DNA of 64,000 nt from an uncultured Candidatus Micrarchaeota archaeon (GTDB lineage: Archaea; Micrarchaeota; Micrarchaeia; Micrarchaeales; Micrarchaeaceae), in NCBI GenBank assembly GCA_963741095.1, contig CAVUGN010000011.1, forward strand, positions 35,541 through 99,540. The letters are read 5' to 3'. Each line of letters starts with the position of its first letter. Positions within the stretch are counted from its first letter, which is position 1. The notes under the pieces are model-generated. The model was not told the DNA's origin. It saw nothing but the letters and a program-made list of their open reading frames with translations, and did no database searches. Positions 35,972 through 46,561 of this stretch are shown here, one piece after another. The translations under genes were made by a program, and so were the position numbers.

Positions 35972-36628
35972 TCACAACGCCTTTGGTATGAACTTCCGTA
36001 TCTGGATTGCGCCTTCCATCTTCAAGTCCTTCACGCCATTCTCCTTGTACGCCCCTATTATCTTCTGCAGTATCTTTGCGGTCAGCAGCGCATCCCCCAG
36101 TGCCGTATGCCTCTTCAGGCCTGACGAATCTATCCGGAAATGATCTTTCAGAAAATCTGTCGAAAAAGTTTCCTCTGATTTCGGGTTCAGGAACGCAAAA
36201 AGGACCTTCGTGTCCATCGTTTTCGGCGAGAATTCTATGCCATCATTCTTGCAAAGGTTCTCAATGATCGGAAAATCAAACTCGAAACCGCACTGCGCTA
36301 TCCAGATGTAATCCTTGTATTCGTGCAGCATCTTGGTTATGACCTCTTTGAACTGTGGCGCATTGGAAACGTCCTTGTTGCTTATCCCAGTCAGCTTCTC
36401 TATCTCTTTGGGGATGGCCTTAGGAGACTTTATGAAAGAAGAAAATGCCTCACGGGGCAGAATTTTGCCATCCACGAGCGGCACGCAGGCGAACTGCGTG
36501 ATATGATCGTTCGTCGTGCTCAATCCGGTCGCCTCTACGTCAAACACAAGAAAGCTCTGCTTAGCGATATCATTGATGCTGACGCTGCTTATCTCGTACG
36601 TTGCCGTGTTGCTCTTGCTGATGTGCAT
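35972..36628 (-). CDS. DEDDh 3'-5' exonuclease (DnaQ/PolC-like)
   Basis: FDVEATG, FDF, HTALGDA. Confidence 0.9.
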   Translation of the reverse strand: MHISKSNTATYEISSVSINDIAKQSFLVFDVEATGLSTTNDHITQFACVPLVDGKILPREAFSSFIKSPKAIPKEIEKLTGISNKDVSNAPQFKEVITKMLHEYKDYIWIAQCGFEFDFPIIENLCKNDGIEFSPKTMDTKVLFAFLNPKSEETFSTDFLKDHFRIDSSGLKRHTALGDALLTAKILQKIIGAYKENGVKDLKMEGAIQIRKFIPKAL

Positions 36629-36779
36629 ACCTTCACCCCAAGGTAAACGGTCGGCGAATGATTCCGCCGAACTCCCTTTGTGATTAGCAATGATATGCAA
36701 GAAACTCTTATTATGGCTTTATCCACAATTGACACAAATGTTTATATATTTGTAACAAATGAAACAATACTGTGTTTGC

Positions 36780-37373
36780 ATGAAAGTTTCAGAAGGGGTG
36801 CGCATGTACCTGAAGGGCAAGCCGTACATGCTCGAGGCGATAGACAGCGGCGTTGTCAACTACAGCGCGCTTGCGCGGCTCATCCAGGACAAGATCGGCG
36901 CGAAGAGCTACGGTGCGGTAAAAGCCGCGGTGATAAGGCATGCGGAAAGCCTCAACGCGGCGAAGAGCAGCATAGAAGAGCGAGCTCTCTCCGTCCTGAA
37001 GGACAACCGAATGATGCTGCTTGACAAGGTGCACGTCATCGTGTCCAGCAAGAAGCTTAAGATAGAGAACGAGGCGGAGGTGAAGATAGACTTCTACTAC
37101 GTCTACCTCACGAGGGGGAAGGAGCCCCGGGCGCTTACCAAGGAGGAACGGTACAGCATCGTCGAACGCCATGACAACTGCTCCGCGATAATCATATACT
37201 CGAAGAGCAACATAGAGAGCACATCGGGCGTCGTCGCGTTCATCACCTCGTTGCTGGCGGAGTACAACATAAACGTGGTCGAGCTTCTCTCCTGTTACAC
37301 GGAGACGATACTGGTCGTCAACAAAAGCGACGCGATGGTGAGCTACAAGCTGCTGTCGGACATGATGTCCTGA
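36780..37373 (+). CDS. ACT-domain regulatory protein
   Basis: GVVNYSALAR N-terminus; C-terminal LAEYNINVVELLSCYTE. Confidence 0.75.
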   Translation: MKVSEGVRMYLKGKPYMLEAIDSGVVNYSALARLIQDKIGAKSYGAVKAAVIRHAESLNAAKSSIEERALSVLKDNRMMLLDKVHVIVSSKKLKIENEAEVKIDFYYVYLTRGKEPRALTKEERYSIVERHDNCSAIIIYSKSNIESTSGVVAFITSLLAEYNINVVELLSCYTETILVVNKSDAMVSYKLLSDMMS

Positions 37374-37414
37374 CACGCCTAATCAGGCATAAATAAGTTT
37401 CTTGCCAAGCTCGT

Positions 37415-38353
37415 ATGCTAGTGCATTCGATGGAAGGGATAGTCTGCAAGGGCCTGTCGAAGACTTACGACGGGAAGAACTATGCGCTGAAGAACGTCAG
37501 CCTGGACTTTCCTGACAAAGGGATAATAGCGGTTATAGGCCGCAACGGCGCCGGGAAGACAACACTCATACGAATACTCGCGACCGAATTGATGCCGAGC
37601 AAGGGCGCCGCCTCGATAAACGGAGTGGATGTCGTCAAGGATCCCAACAAGATACGCGACATGATTGCGATAGTGCCCCAGGAAGCGAGGGCGATACCGT
37701 GGCTGACCTCCCACCAGACTATCCTGTGCTATCTGCTCTACCGCGGCTTCGGTTACGGCGAAGCGAAGAAGCGCGTCAAGGAGTCACTGAAGAGATTGGG
37801 ATTGTCGCAGTACGAGAACAAGCTGAACCGCCTGCTTTCGGGTGGCACGAAGCGAAAAGTCCTGGTTGCCACTGTCCTTGCATCGGAGGCGAAGGTAATA
37901 TTTTTAGACGAGCCCACGACCGGGCTAGATCCGATATCGCGCATGGACCTGTGGAACCTGCTCAACGTGCTGAAGAAGGAATACCTGATATTCCTGACAA
38001 CCCATTATCTCGAAGAGGCCGAACGTCTTGCGGACAAGATCGGCATCATGGAAGAGGGAAAACTCCTTGCTATGGGCTCGATGGACGAGCTCAGGAAGAA
38101 GGTGGGCCAGCAGTACAGCATACGAGTGCTGCAGGAGGCTAAGCCGAAGGCGTTCGAGGGCATGAAGACCATAAAGTTCGATGGCGGCCACCAGATCATG
38201 ACGAGCGAGAAGAAGGCATTCGAGACATCCAACAGGCTGATACACGAGAAAGTCAGGTTCTCGACAAATCCGGTCTCGCTTGAAGATATATTCTATTACA
38301 TCGCGAAGAGGTCATTGCAGGAAGAAGAGTCTGGAGGTGATGAAGAATGGTGA
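37415..38353 (+). CDS. ABC transporter ATP-binding protein
   Basis: GRNGAGKT, LSGG, FLDEPT, TTH. Confidence 0.95.
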   Translation: MLVHSMEGIVCKGLSKTYDGKNYALKNVSLDFPDKGIIAVIGRNGAGKTTLIRILATELMPSKGAASINGVDVVKDPNKIRDMIAIVPQEARAIPWLTSHQTILCYLLYRGFGYGEAKKRVKESLKRLGLSQYENKLNRLLSGGTKRKVLVATVLASEAKVIFLDEPTTGLDPISRMDLWNLLNVLKKEYLIFLTTHYLEEAERLADKIGIMEEGKLLAMGSMDELRKKVGQQYSIRVLQEAKPKAFEGMKTIKFDGGHQIMTSEKKAFETSNRLIHEKVRFSTNPVSLEDIFYYIAKRSLQEEESGGDEEW

Positions 38354-39093
38354 AGCGAAGCAGGATGAGCCAGATACTCGCATCGGTGCTAATCAACGCG
38401 ATATACGCGATGGAGAACTACCCGATAATGCTGGTCAACACGTTGCTCGCGCCCTTCTCGATACTGATTATAATAGTCTTGGTCAGCCACGGGGGGCTCA
38501 TAAAAGTCGGGATAGAGGGAGCCCTGATAATGACCACGATATCGGCGGGCATAGGCCTGCAGGGAGACCTGTCTCACCTGAAGAACGACATGAAGCTGCA
38601 GGACATGATAGTCAGCTCGCCCACGAGCTCGTTCACCTATGTGGCTGGCATGGGGGTATCGGAGATGGTCTTCGCGGCACCGGTGGTTGTGCTGCTTTCG
38701 GTGCTGGCCGCCATATACATACAGCCCACGCTGGTCCAGACCGCCATACTGGTCGCGGTCATGGCCCTGACCTTTGTCTTCTCTATAGTGCTCGGCTTCA
38801 TACTCTCGACTCTTACATCGGACGTGGTGCAGAGCTGGGGATTCTCCGGCATAGTCTCAGTGGTGCTCAGCACCCTGCCGCCCGTCTATTATCCGCTCAG
38901 CTATATTCCATTACCGTTCAGGTACCTCGCCTACATCTCGCCGACGACCTATGCCGCGGAGATAGCGCAGAGCGCGATAGGCTACACCATCATATCGCCG
39001 CTCAACCTTGCGGTGGACTGGCTGATACTGGTGGCAGTGTGCGTTGCCCTGATAATCCTTGCTTACAAGAAGGCGCGCTGGCGCGAACCGTGA
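38347..39093 (+). CDS. ABC-2 type permease
   Basis: Six hydrophobic segments; PVYYP, SPTTYA. Confidence 0.85.
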   Translation: MVKRSRMSQILASVLINAIYAMENYPIMLVNTLLAPFSILIIIVLVSHGGLIKVGIEGALIMTTISAGIGLQGDLSHLKNDMKLQDMIVSSPTSSFTYVAGMGVSEMVFAAPVVVLLSVLAAIYIQPTLVQTAILVAVMALTFVFSIVLGFILSTLTSDVVQSWGFSGIVSVVLSTLPPVYYPLSYIPLPFRYLAYISPTTYAAEIAQSAIGYTIISPLNLAVDWLILVAVCVALIILAYKKARWREP

Positions 39094-39120
39094 TTCTTTC
39101 AATCCGGCAAAGCCAATGAT

Positions 39121-39729
39121 GTGCTTATTTATACGTTTATTCTAATCATTTTACAAAAGGTGCATCAGTTGGCAATCCTATTGGCCGCCATAATCCTAAT
39201 CTGCATAGTGCTGGCAGGGCTCATCGTCCTCATATACGACAACCTTATACGGCTCAGGAACAACGTCAACAAGGCATGGTCCAACATAGACGTGCTGCTC
39301 CAGAAGAGGCACGACCTCATAGGCAACCTGGTCAACACTGTTAAGGGATACGTGCGCTACGAGAAGACCGTGCTTGTGGAGCTGACGAGGATGAGGGCCG
39401 CGTGGGCGAGCGTGCAGAACGACGGGCTTGACGGAAAGATGGCTGCATCGAACCAGATATCCGGCACTCTCAAGACGCTCTTCGCGGATGTCGAAGGCTA
39501 CCCCGACCTGAAAGCGGATACGACCTTTACGAACCTGCAGCAGCAGCTCATAGAGACCGAGAACGCGATAGCGGACGGCCGCGAGTTCTACAACGACACC
39601 GTCAACGAGTACAACATAAACATCAAGATAATCCCGTACAACTTCCTCTCCGGGCTCCTGGGCTACAAGCCCATGTCCCTCTTCAAGGCGCCGGAGGGCT
39701 CGAAGGAGCCGGTCAAGGTCGACGTTTGA
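39121..39729 (+). CDS. lemA: LemA family protein
   Basis: WSNIDVLLQKRHDLI, YPDLKA, FYND. Confidence 0.9.
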   Translation: MLIYTFILIILQKVHQLAILLAAIILICIVLAGLIVLIYDNLIRLRNNVNKAWSNIDVLLQKRHDLIGNLVNTVKGYVRYEKTVLVELTRMRAAWASVQNDGLDGKMAASNQISGTLKTLFADVEGYPDLKADTTFTNLQQQLIETENAIADGREFYNDTVNEYNINIKIIPYNFLSGLLGYKPMSLFKAPEGSKEPVKVDV

Positions 39730-39741
39730 GGGTGCCTTTGG

Positions 39742-40737
39742 GTGTACAATCCGTCGAACAGGAGCGGCCTTATAAAGACAAGATGCTCTTATCTCCCTTC
39801 TGATACGCCGAACAAGCGCGGGGAGAGCATATTCGGCAGGATACCTATAATAGCGGCCACATTCGGTTTCTCGCTTATGTTATTGCTTGGCTGGGCGTCT
39901 ACGGGCAAGAACGGCGCGCCAGCTATGATAGAGTACATCTGGACGTACGTCGCCTGCGACCTGGTGATTTTTGGCATCCTGCTCATAGCGGAAGGCTGGA
40001 TCGAGTTCCGGCTCTCGCAGACGATAGGGGACATACCGACCACCAAGATAGACAGCGCAGCGGTGGGGTTGGGCGAGATAAACGCGGAGTTCGTGCCGGA
40101 GAAGGCGGACGCCCTCACAAGCCCCATGACCGCGAAGAAATGCGTTTACTATCGGATAACGCTGGAAAAGTATATCCACGCGGGCAGGTTCAGCAACTGG
40201 GAGACGTGCAGCAAAATCGAGAAAGGAGTGCCCACCCTGCTGACAGACGGCACGGGCTATCTTGCATTGCCCCTGTATGATGCTGATATAAATGAAAAGG
40301 TCAATTCCTATTACCCCAAGAACGCAAAAGAACGGATAGTAACGACGTCGATGCCCGAAGGCGTATCGCTTATGTCCCTCTTTCAAGGGGATCCAACCAA
40401 CACGAGCATAACCGGACTGGGTCTTACATTCGGCAATAAGATGGCGCTCGACCCCACGCTTGGCGGATTCAGTGGTTCTAGCGAGCTGAGGGTGTCTGAG
40501 ATTGCGCTTCCTGTGAATGCTGATTATTTCGTGATGGGCAGGGTCGCAAACACCGCTGGCACGCTTGACGGCAAGCCGATAAAGATCATGGACTATGACC
40601 ACAGCACTAAGCTGCTGAGCGTCAGGAGCGAGAGCCAGGCTGGCATAGAGTCGATGGACAAGCGCCTTGCATATTTTGCGCTCGTCGTGGGCGCGGCCGC
40701 ACTGATCTCTGGCCTCGAATTCCTCCTTGCCGCCTAA
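39742..40737 (+). CDS. Membrane protein, GIDE-like domain
   Basis: TM segments; DIPTTKIDS, LTSPMT..CVYY, LTDGTG; follows lemA. Confidence 0.6.
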   Translation: MYNPSNRSGLIKTRCSYLPSDTPNKRGESIFGRIPIIAATFGFSLMLLLGWASTGKNGAPAMIEYIWTYVACDLVIFGILLIAEGWIEFRLSQTIGDIPTTKIDSAAVGLGEINAEFVPEKADALTSPMTAKKCVYYRITLEKYIHAGRFSNWETCSKIEKGVPTLLTDGTGYLALPLYDADINEKVNSYYPKNAKERIVTTSMPEGVSLMSLFQGDPTNTSITGLGLTFGNKMALDPTLGGFSGSSELRVSEIALPVNADYFVMGRVANTAGTLDGKPIKIMDYDHSTKLLSVRSESQAGIESMDKRLAYFALVVGAAALISGLEFLLAA

Positions 40738-40772
40738 ACGAAACAATCAGCAAGTCTTAATAAATCAGCCCG

Positions 40773-40907
40773 ACGAACTCCTCCGCGCTCAACGGCTACA
40801 ACGGCACGGCAAACGCGTCGCTGTCGAACTCGACGCTGAACGGCAACGTGACGATGGACCAGAACTACAGCGTTCTGAGCGGCGCCAACATAATTGCGCC
40901 TCCTTGA
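40773..40907 (+). pseudogene. 5'-truncated paralogue of 42633-42893
   Basis: TNSSALNGYNGT..NSTLNGNVTMDQNYSVLS; in-frame stop upstream and no start codon. Confidence 0.7.
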
Positions 40908-41020
40908 CCCGATTTTGCTTGACTACTGCTTCCTCTCCAGCCTGTTAAAGAATTCAGACTCGTCTAAGCGAAACATAAGAAAAGCGTTAATAAACAGCTC
41001 TGTAATGTAATGCCGATACG

Positions 41021-42628
41021 ATGAGCTACAATAGCAAAGTTGTTTTCATATCCGCATTGCTTCTGTTTCTGCTATCAGCAAACGCCGTTTCGGCGCAGTC
41101 GGCAAGCGCCAACCAGACGCTGCTCCAATCGGCGTTCGTCAACGCAAGGTGCAAGACTAACTTCACGACTGCTTACATCGGCAAAGTGGCTGCAACCGTG
41201 CCCTCCCTTAGTTCATTGGGCCAATACTCCACCTCGTTGCAAGGCGACACCGCACGGCTTTCAATTCTCGCCTCTGCAGGCAACGTCACTGCTTACAGGA
41301 GTTACGTCAGCGGTACATTTGATCCGGACCTCGACAGGATAGCTAAGAACTTCAGCTCCTCAATCAGGGCAGCGAACCTCTCCGCTAACGTTATTGCTGA
41401 ACTAAGGTTCAACTACAACACCACTCTCGCAAGCTACAAGACGTGCAACATGGAGTCGGCGAAGGAATACGCGCTGCAGAAGCTGAACATGTTCAACAAC
41501 AGCATCAGAAATTACCAAGAACAGGCAAGCGACCTGTCCTCGAAGGGATTGAACGTGAGCAGCCTGAACCTGTTGCTGCAGAACGCGCAGTCGCAGATAG
41601 TCAGTCCGTTCGAGAATGCGGTAAATACTGCTACAAACACCTCCCAGATATACGCTGCAATCAACACCTACTGCCTCTTCGACGGGTGCAAGAACGGAAC
41701 CAGCTTCCATCTTGCGGCACACTTCAGCCTTCAGTCGCTCACCCTGCAATTGAATTATCTAGAGACCGACAAGAACCTGTCTGGTTCTTCGCTCGCGTCC
41801 GCGAATCTGGACCTTAACAACGCATCATCGATACTGCAGACCGTCGGGATAAAGTCATACGCCAACGGGCAGGGCGACAACATATTCGACAACCTGAGCG
41901 CTGCATCGAAGGCGATGCAGCAGGCCAGGAAGCAGAACTCGTTCGACAGGCTCAAGAGCATGGCGGAGAAGGAGATAACCAACGACCAGAGGCTCATCGC
42001 CGCCTACCAAGTCGGCCTGTCAAAGCTGCCTTCTGGCGTGGACACCGCTCAAATGAACCTGACGATATCGCAGGCGAAGACGCAGATAATCGCGCCGCTG
42101 CAGGCAGCGCTCAACGCCTCGACCAACACGATGCAGCTCTATGCCGCCTTCCAGAGCTACTGCCTGGACAACAACTGCAAGAACGGCACGAACTTCCACC
42201 TCGCGGCGAAGCTCAAGCTCGAAGGGTCGCAGGCCTATCTCGCTTACCTCGAATTGAAGGCGAACGCATCCACCTATGTCATGGTCAATCAGACCGCGCT
42301 AGCGGCCGCGAAGAGCGACCTGAGCAGCGCTTCGTCTTTGATAAACTCGACGGGTTCCGTTCAGTTCAGCCAGAGCCAGTCATCGCAGCTCTCTGCGTAC
42401 CTCAGCGACTTCACGATAGCACTCAGGAGCGCGTTCACTGTCAACAAAAGCAAGGTTGCAGCAGTCACCAACGCTACAGCCAGAGTGATTGGCCGTAGGG
42501 CGAACTCCACTACAACGACAAGGCGCACCACTACCATACCGGAGAAGAGCGCGATCGGCCCAGGTGGTGGCAACATCCCCTCAGTGACGCCCGCGGGGAT
42601 AGGCGTCAACGTTTCGGCCCACACGTGA
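41021..42628 (+). CDS. Secreted/surface protein with internal duplication
   Basis: Signal peptide; two YCL..CKNGT.FHLAA repeats; many N-x-S/T sequons. Confidence 0.75.
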   Translation: MSYNSKVVFISALLLFLLSANAVSAQSASANQTLLQSAFVNARCKTNFTTAYIGKVAATVPSLSSLGQYSTSLQGDTARLSILASAGNVTAYRSYVSGTFDPDLDRIAKNFSSSIRAANLSANVIAELRFNYNTTLASYKTCNMESAKEYALQKLNMFNNSIRNYQEQASDLSSKGLNVSSLNLLLQNAQSQIVSPFENAVNTATNTSQIYAAINTYCLFDGCKNGTSFHLAAHFSLQSLTLQLNYLETDKNLSGSSLASANLDLNNASSILQTVGIKSYANGQGDNIFDNLSAASKAMQQARKQNSFDRLKSMAEKEITNDQRLIAAYQVGLSKLPSGVDTAQMNLTISQAKTQIIAPLQAALNASTNTMQLYAAFQSYCLDNNCKNGTNFHLAAKLKLEGSQAYLAYLELKANASTYVMVNQTALAAAKSDLSSASSLINSTGSVQFSQSQSSQLSAYLSDFTIALRSAFTVNKSKVAAVTNATARVIGRRANSTTTTRRTTTIPEKSAIGPGGGNIPSVTPAGIGVNVSAHT

Positions 42629-42632
42629 TAAC

Positions 42633-42893
42633 ATGACCAACACAAAAACCGCATTGATCATACTGGCTCTGGTCGTCATAGCAGCGATAGCGTTCGTAGC
42701 CTACAAAGCTTATGTGCCGAGCGCCGCTCCGGCGAACAGCCAAAACGTGACCCTCACGAATTCCTCGGAGCTCAACTCCTACAACGGCACTAACTCGAAT
42801 TCGTCGCTCTTGAACTCCACGCTCAACGGCAATGTCAGCCAGGACCAGAACTACAGCGTGCTGAGCAACGCGAACGTGCCATCTTCACCGTGA
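42633..42893 (+). CDS. Small membrane-anchored Asn/Ser-rich protein
   Basis: N-terminal TM helix, multiple sequons. Confidence 0.65.
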   Translation: MTNTKTALIILALVVIAAIAFVAYKAYVPSAAPANSQNVTLTNSSELNSYNGTNSNSSLLNSTLNGNVSQDQNYSVLSNANVPSSP

Positions 42894-42917
42894 AATCAAA
42901 ATCAGAAACGGCAGACA

Positions 42918-43562
42918 CTACTCCTTTCTCTCCAGCCCGTTCAAGAATTCAGACTCATTCTTAACCGCTTCTTCCGCCAGATGCACGGCGTAATTGATCT
43001 TGCTCAGCAGAGAAACTGCTCCCCCAAGGCCTGCGAGATAGCATTCGTTAGCGGACTGCAGGTCCTCGACATACATGCCGCTCATGGCCTTCACTGCGCC
43101 GGACAGCTTGTCCAGCAGAGACAGCCTCAGGGATTTTCCCGGCGCTTCGCCAGGCCGCACCGGCTCGGAACCCAGTATCTCCCTGAAAGAGTAGTCACAT
43201 TTCCCTCCGGGCAGCTTCATATCGTTGTACACGAGCTCTCCGGTGCCTTCCGTGCTGCCGACCTCCTTCTGCATCGTCAAATAAGCGTCGGCGAGCGAGA
43301 ACCCGTGGCCGGAAAGCACCAGGACATAACCCGGAGCCTCAATCAATTTCGGCTCGGGGCGATAAACATATCTCTCGTACCCACCCTTCTCATAATATGC
43401 ATAGTTTCCGAACTGCAGTGCAAACCTCATCTCATGGGTCCGCGATCCCGCCTTTGTCTCGCTGTACAGTATCCTGAGCGTGTTGTGTCCGAAAACGCTA
43501 GCGTCAATGCCCTTTGCCAATTCGACCTGCGCGCCGTTCGACACCGTTTTCTGCTGCGCCAT
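42918..43562 (-). CDS. Hypothetical protein
   Basis: 214-aa ORF with an upstream TATA-like box. Confidence 0.6.
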   Translation of the reverse strand: MAQQKTVSNGAQVELAKGIDASVFGHNTLRILYSETKAGSRTHEMRFALQFGNYAYYEKGGYERYVYRPEPKLIEAPGYVLVLSGHGFSLADAYLTMQKEVGSTEGTGELVYNDMKLPGGKCDYSFREILGSEPVRPGEAPGKSLRLSLLDKLSGAVKAMSGMYVEDLQSANECYLAGLGGAVSLLSKINYAVHLAEEAVKNESEFLNGLERKE

Positions 43563-43717
43563 TTCAGCACCGAATAACTGAACTTTATATAATATTTAAG
43601 CGTTCTGAATCGCCTCGTTGCAATCGGCGCAACATGCTGCAAGGAATCTTCGAGCATCAACTCGGCAACGGCAAGGCATATATATCTCGTAAAACCCGAA
43701 TAGTAACGCTAGTTTGC

Positions 43718-44722
43718 ATGCCATCAAAGAGCACAGGCAGGGCAGAGACTCCGATCATGAGCGACAGCGCGCGCCATGGCATCATATCTAAGATAGGGGA
43801 GAAGGACGCTGTGATATTCGACATGCGCTTCGACGCGAAAACGATGGGCATCTATTTCGAGCCGAAGGCCGCAATGCCCACCAGGCAATACGAGTCGAAC
43901 CCGAACGTCATAAACCTGAACAAGATACGGGAGAGCCTTTACAAGAGCGGCGAGGCGACGTTCGAGAACATAATCTGCGGAGGCGGCTCATCGATGATAT
44001 TAGAGCTGCCGGACGGCGTGCAGTACTTCATCTCCACATACAGGGACGCGAAGGCGCCGAGATTCCCGAGCATGCTCGACGATACCGGCGGGATAGTGAA
44101 CACGCTTAATCCTTTGCAATCCTCCATAAGGGAAGTCGCAGAGGAGATCATAATAGTCGACCGCAACTCTGCGGTGATACCGCAGTTCCCCGGCGGATGG
44201 TCAGAATACAACAAGCTGATAAGCGACACCGTACCAATGTTCTCGAGGCAGTTCGGCATAACCGACACGCACCTTGTCCGCGGCAGTACTGTCCAGATGC
44301 GGGAACCGCTGTATTTCGAAAGCAAGAAGGACATGCCGATGGGCATCGCGTTGATCGAGCTGGTCATCGGCGAACCGTTGATTGCCGCGGTCCTTATAAT
44401 CCCTCCATTGATACTCAAGCAGGATTCAATCGGATCCTTCAGGGAGACCCTTGCGATAGAGACCAAAGGGGCCGCGCCCGAACGGGACGTGGTCCTGGTA
44501 AAGATAACCGAGTCCCATCCCGAACGGCCTGATGTCATAGTGTACAACAAAGGCGAACGGACCGAAGAGCACGTGACATTCAACAATTACACCGAAAAAA
44601 GGTTCAACGGCGTGCTTGCAGTGGCGCCTAGCCTTTCTGCGACGTTCAGGTTCATCGGATTGGGGGAGCACCCTGTCGGCCTGATGCACACGCATCCCAC
44701 CCTGCCGGAGCTGCGCTCGTGA
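43718..44722 (+). CDS. Hypothetical protein with Nudix-like box
   Basis: GG.......SSIREVAEE; start uncertain. Confidence 0.5.
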   Translation: MPSKSTGRAETPIMSDSARHGIISKIGEKDAVIFDMRFDAKTMGIYFEPKAAMPTRQYESNPNVINLNKIRESLYKSGEATFENIICGGGSSMILELPDGVQYFISTYRDAKAPRFPSMLDDTGGIVNTLNPLQSSIREVAEEIIIVDRNSAVIPQFPGGWSEYNKLISDTVPMFSRQFGITDTHLVRGSTVQMREPLYFESKKDMPMGIALIELVIGEPLIAAVLIIPPLILKQDSIGSFRETLAIETKGAAPERDVVLVKITESHPERPDVIVYNKGERTEEHVTFNNYTEKRFNGVLAVAPSLSATFRFIGLGEHPVGLMHTHPTLPELRS

Positions 44723-44726
44723 TCAA

Positions 44727-45446
44727 ATGCAGGACAGGCTAATTCTGTTTGACATCGATGGGACGCTGCTCACCATGTGGCCGGTGCACGAAAAGGTCTA
44801 CGAATCTGCGATAAATGAGATATACGGCGTGCCAAACGTCAATTTCCGCAGCTTCTACAGGCCCGGCGACACGAACAGGGAGGTCGTGAAGATGAACCTG
44901 GAGCACCTGGGCTACGATGCGGAATTCATAAGGAAGGGGATGGACAGGATACCCGAGGCGATGGTCCGGTACTATGGAAAATACACCAGACCTGAGGACA
45001 TCACGGTACTGCCCGGCGTTTTGGCGCTTCTCGGCGCGCTGAAAGAAAAAAAGATCCCTATGGGCGTGATGACCGGCAACAGGCAGCAGACCGCGCAAAT
45101 ACTGCTCGAGAACGCAAAGCTTGCAAATTATTTTCCGATAATATCAAGCGCGGACGAGGGCGATTCGAGGGAATCAAGGCTGCTCTACGCGATAAGGCGC
45201 TCGGAATCCATTTTTGGCATGAAGCTCAATATGAAAAATGTCTTTTATATCGATGATTCAGACCACAGCATGCCTGCGGCGAGGAAGCTCGGCATAATAT
45301 CGGTGGCCGTGGCGACCGGGGAGGTTCCGTACGCGCGGCTGAAAGCCGCGAATCCGGACTACGCGTTCACGAGCCTTAGGGAGACCTCGGCAATCATGCA
45401 GATGCTTGAATCAGGCAAGGGCCAGACTAAAAGCTGGAGTGTATAA
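44727..45446 (+). CDS. HAD-superfamily hydrolase
   Basis: LFDIDGTL, MTGN, IDDS. Confidence 0.9.
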   Translation: MQDRLILFDIDGTLLTMWPVHEKVYESAINEIYGVPNVNFRSFYRPGDTNREVVKMNLEHLGYDAEFIRKGMDRIPEAMVRYYGKYTRPEDITVLPGVLALLGALKEKKIPMGVMTGNRQQTAQILLENAKLANYFPIISSADEGDSRESRLLYAIRRSESIFGMKLNMKNVFYIDDSDHSMPAARKLGIISVAVATGEVPYARLKAANPDYAFTSLRETSAIMQMLESGKGQTKSWSV

Positions 45447-45454
45447 CTTCATTG

Positions 45455-45991
45455 TCAATTGATCGAGGAGCCGAATTCCTTCCTGATCTTATTGACTTTC
45501 GGCCTGATCACCATCATGCAGTACGGCTGGTTCGGGTTCTTGTCGAAATATTTCTTGTGGTAATCCTCGGCGACGTAGAACTTGTCAAGCTTCTTGACTT
45601 CGGTGACGATGGGCTTGTCATAATTTTTCTGCGCGTTCTTCAAAAATGAATCGACGATTTTTTTCTGGTCCTCGGTGCTGTAGAGCACCATCGACCTGTA
45701 CTGCGTGCCGGTGTCTGCTCCCTGCCTGTTCAGCGACGTCGGATCGTGCATCGAGACGAAGACCTCGAGAAGCCTGTTCAGCGATACCTTTTCAGGGTCG
45801 TAGTCTATCTTCAGGACCTCTGCATGGCCGGTGCTACCCGTGCAGACCTGCTCGTAAGTCGGATTTGCCGTGGTGCCGCCGGCGTATCCCGGCGTGGTGC
45901 CGATTACGCCCTTCAGCATGTCGAACACGGCTTCTGTGCACCAGAAGCAGCCTCCCCCGAACACTATCGACTCATTTTTCATGCTCATCAT
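45455..45991 (-). CDS. msrA: Peptide-methionine (S)-S-oxide reductase
   Basis: GGGCFWC, GHAE, GTQYRS, AEDYH. Confidence 0.97.
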   Translation of the reverse strand: MMSMKNESIVFGGGCFWCTEAVFDMLKGVIGTTPGYAGGTTANPTYEQVCTGSTGHAEVLKIDYDPEKVSLNRLLEVFVSMHDPTSLNRQGADTGTQYRSMVLYSTEDQKKIVDSFLKNAQKNYDKPIVTEVKKLDKFYVAEDYHKKYFDKNPNQPYCMMVIRPKVNKIRKEFGSSIN

Positions 45992-46361
45992 TTTTCCCGC
46001 TTTTCTTCGGGATGAACACCATCGATATCGAGTTTATGCAGTGCCTGACGTTCTTCTTCGTGAAGCCCTCGCCCTTGAAAATGTGGCCCAGGTGCGCACC
46101 GCACCTTGCGCACTCCGCTTCTGTCCTTATGCCGTCGGGGTCGGGAACCCTTTTCACCGCTCCCTTTATCTCGTCGTCGAAGCTGGGCCATCCGCACCTT
46201 GCGTCGAACTTGTCCTCCGACCGGTACAAGGGCGCTCCGCACCTCTTGCAGACATAAGTTCCCGGCTTGAAGTTGCTGTCGTACTCGCCGGTGAACGGCG
46301 CCTCGGTGCCCTTGTGCACTATGACGTCCTCTTCCTCCGGAGTGAGCTTCCTCAGTTTCAT
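45972..46361 (-). CDS. msrB: Peptide-methionine (R)-S-oxide reductase
   Basis: GTEAPF, CGWPSF, HLGH, RHCINS. Confidence 0.97.
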   Translation of the reverse strand: MKLRKLTPEEEDVIVHKGTEAPFTGEYDSNFKPGTYVCKRCGAPLYRSEDKFDARCGWPSFDDEIKGAVKRVPDPDGIRTEAECARCGAHLGHIFKGEGFTKKNVRHCINSISMVFIPKKSGKNDEHEK

Positions 46362-46561
46362 TCAAGTCAGCTTTATCAGTTTACTTTAGTCGCTCCCATC
46401 AAAATTCTAAATATCTTGCTGTGCGCCAGATGTTTGCATATGCTATTTATACTTTACTATTGAGTATCTCTTCTAATTCAAGTCAGGTGGAGACAGACAG
46501 CAATTTCAGCAAAACATAGAACCCGTAGTATCCAAAAACGCAAGCACGAGGGTGACCATTC

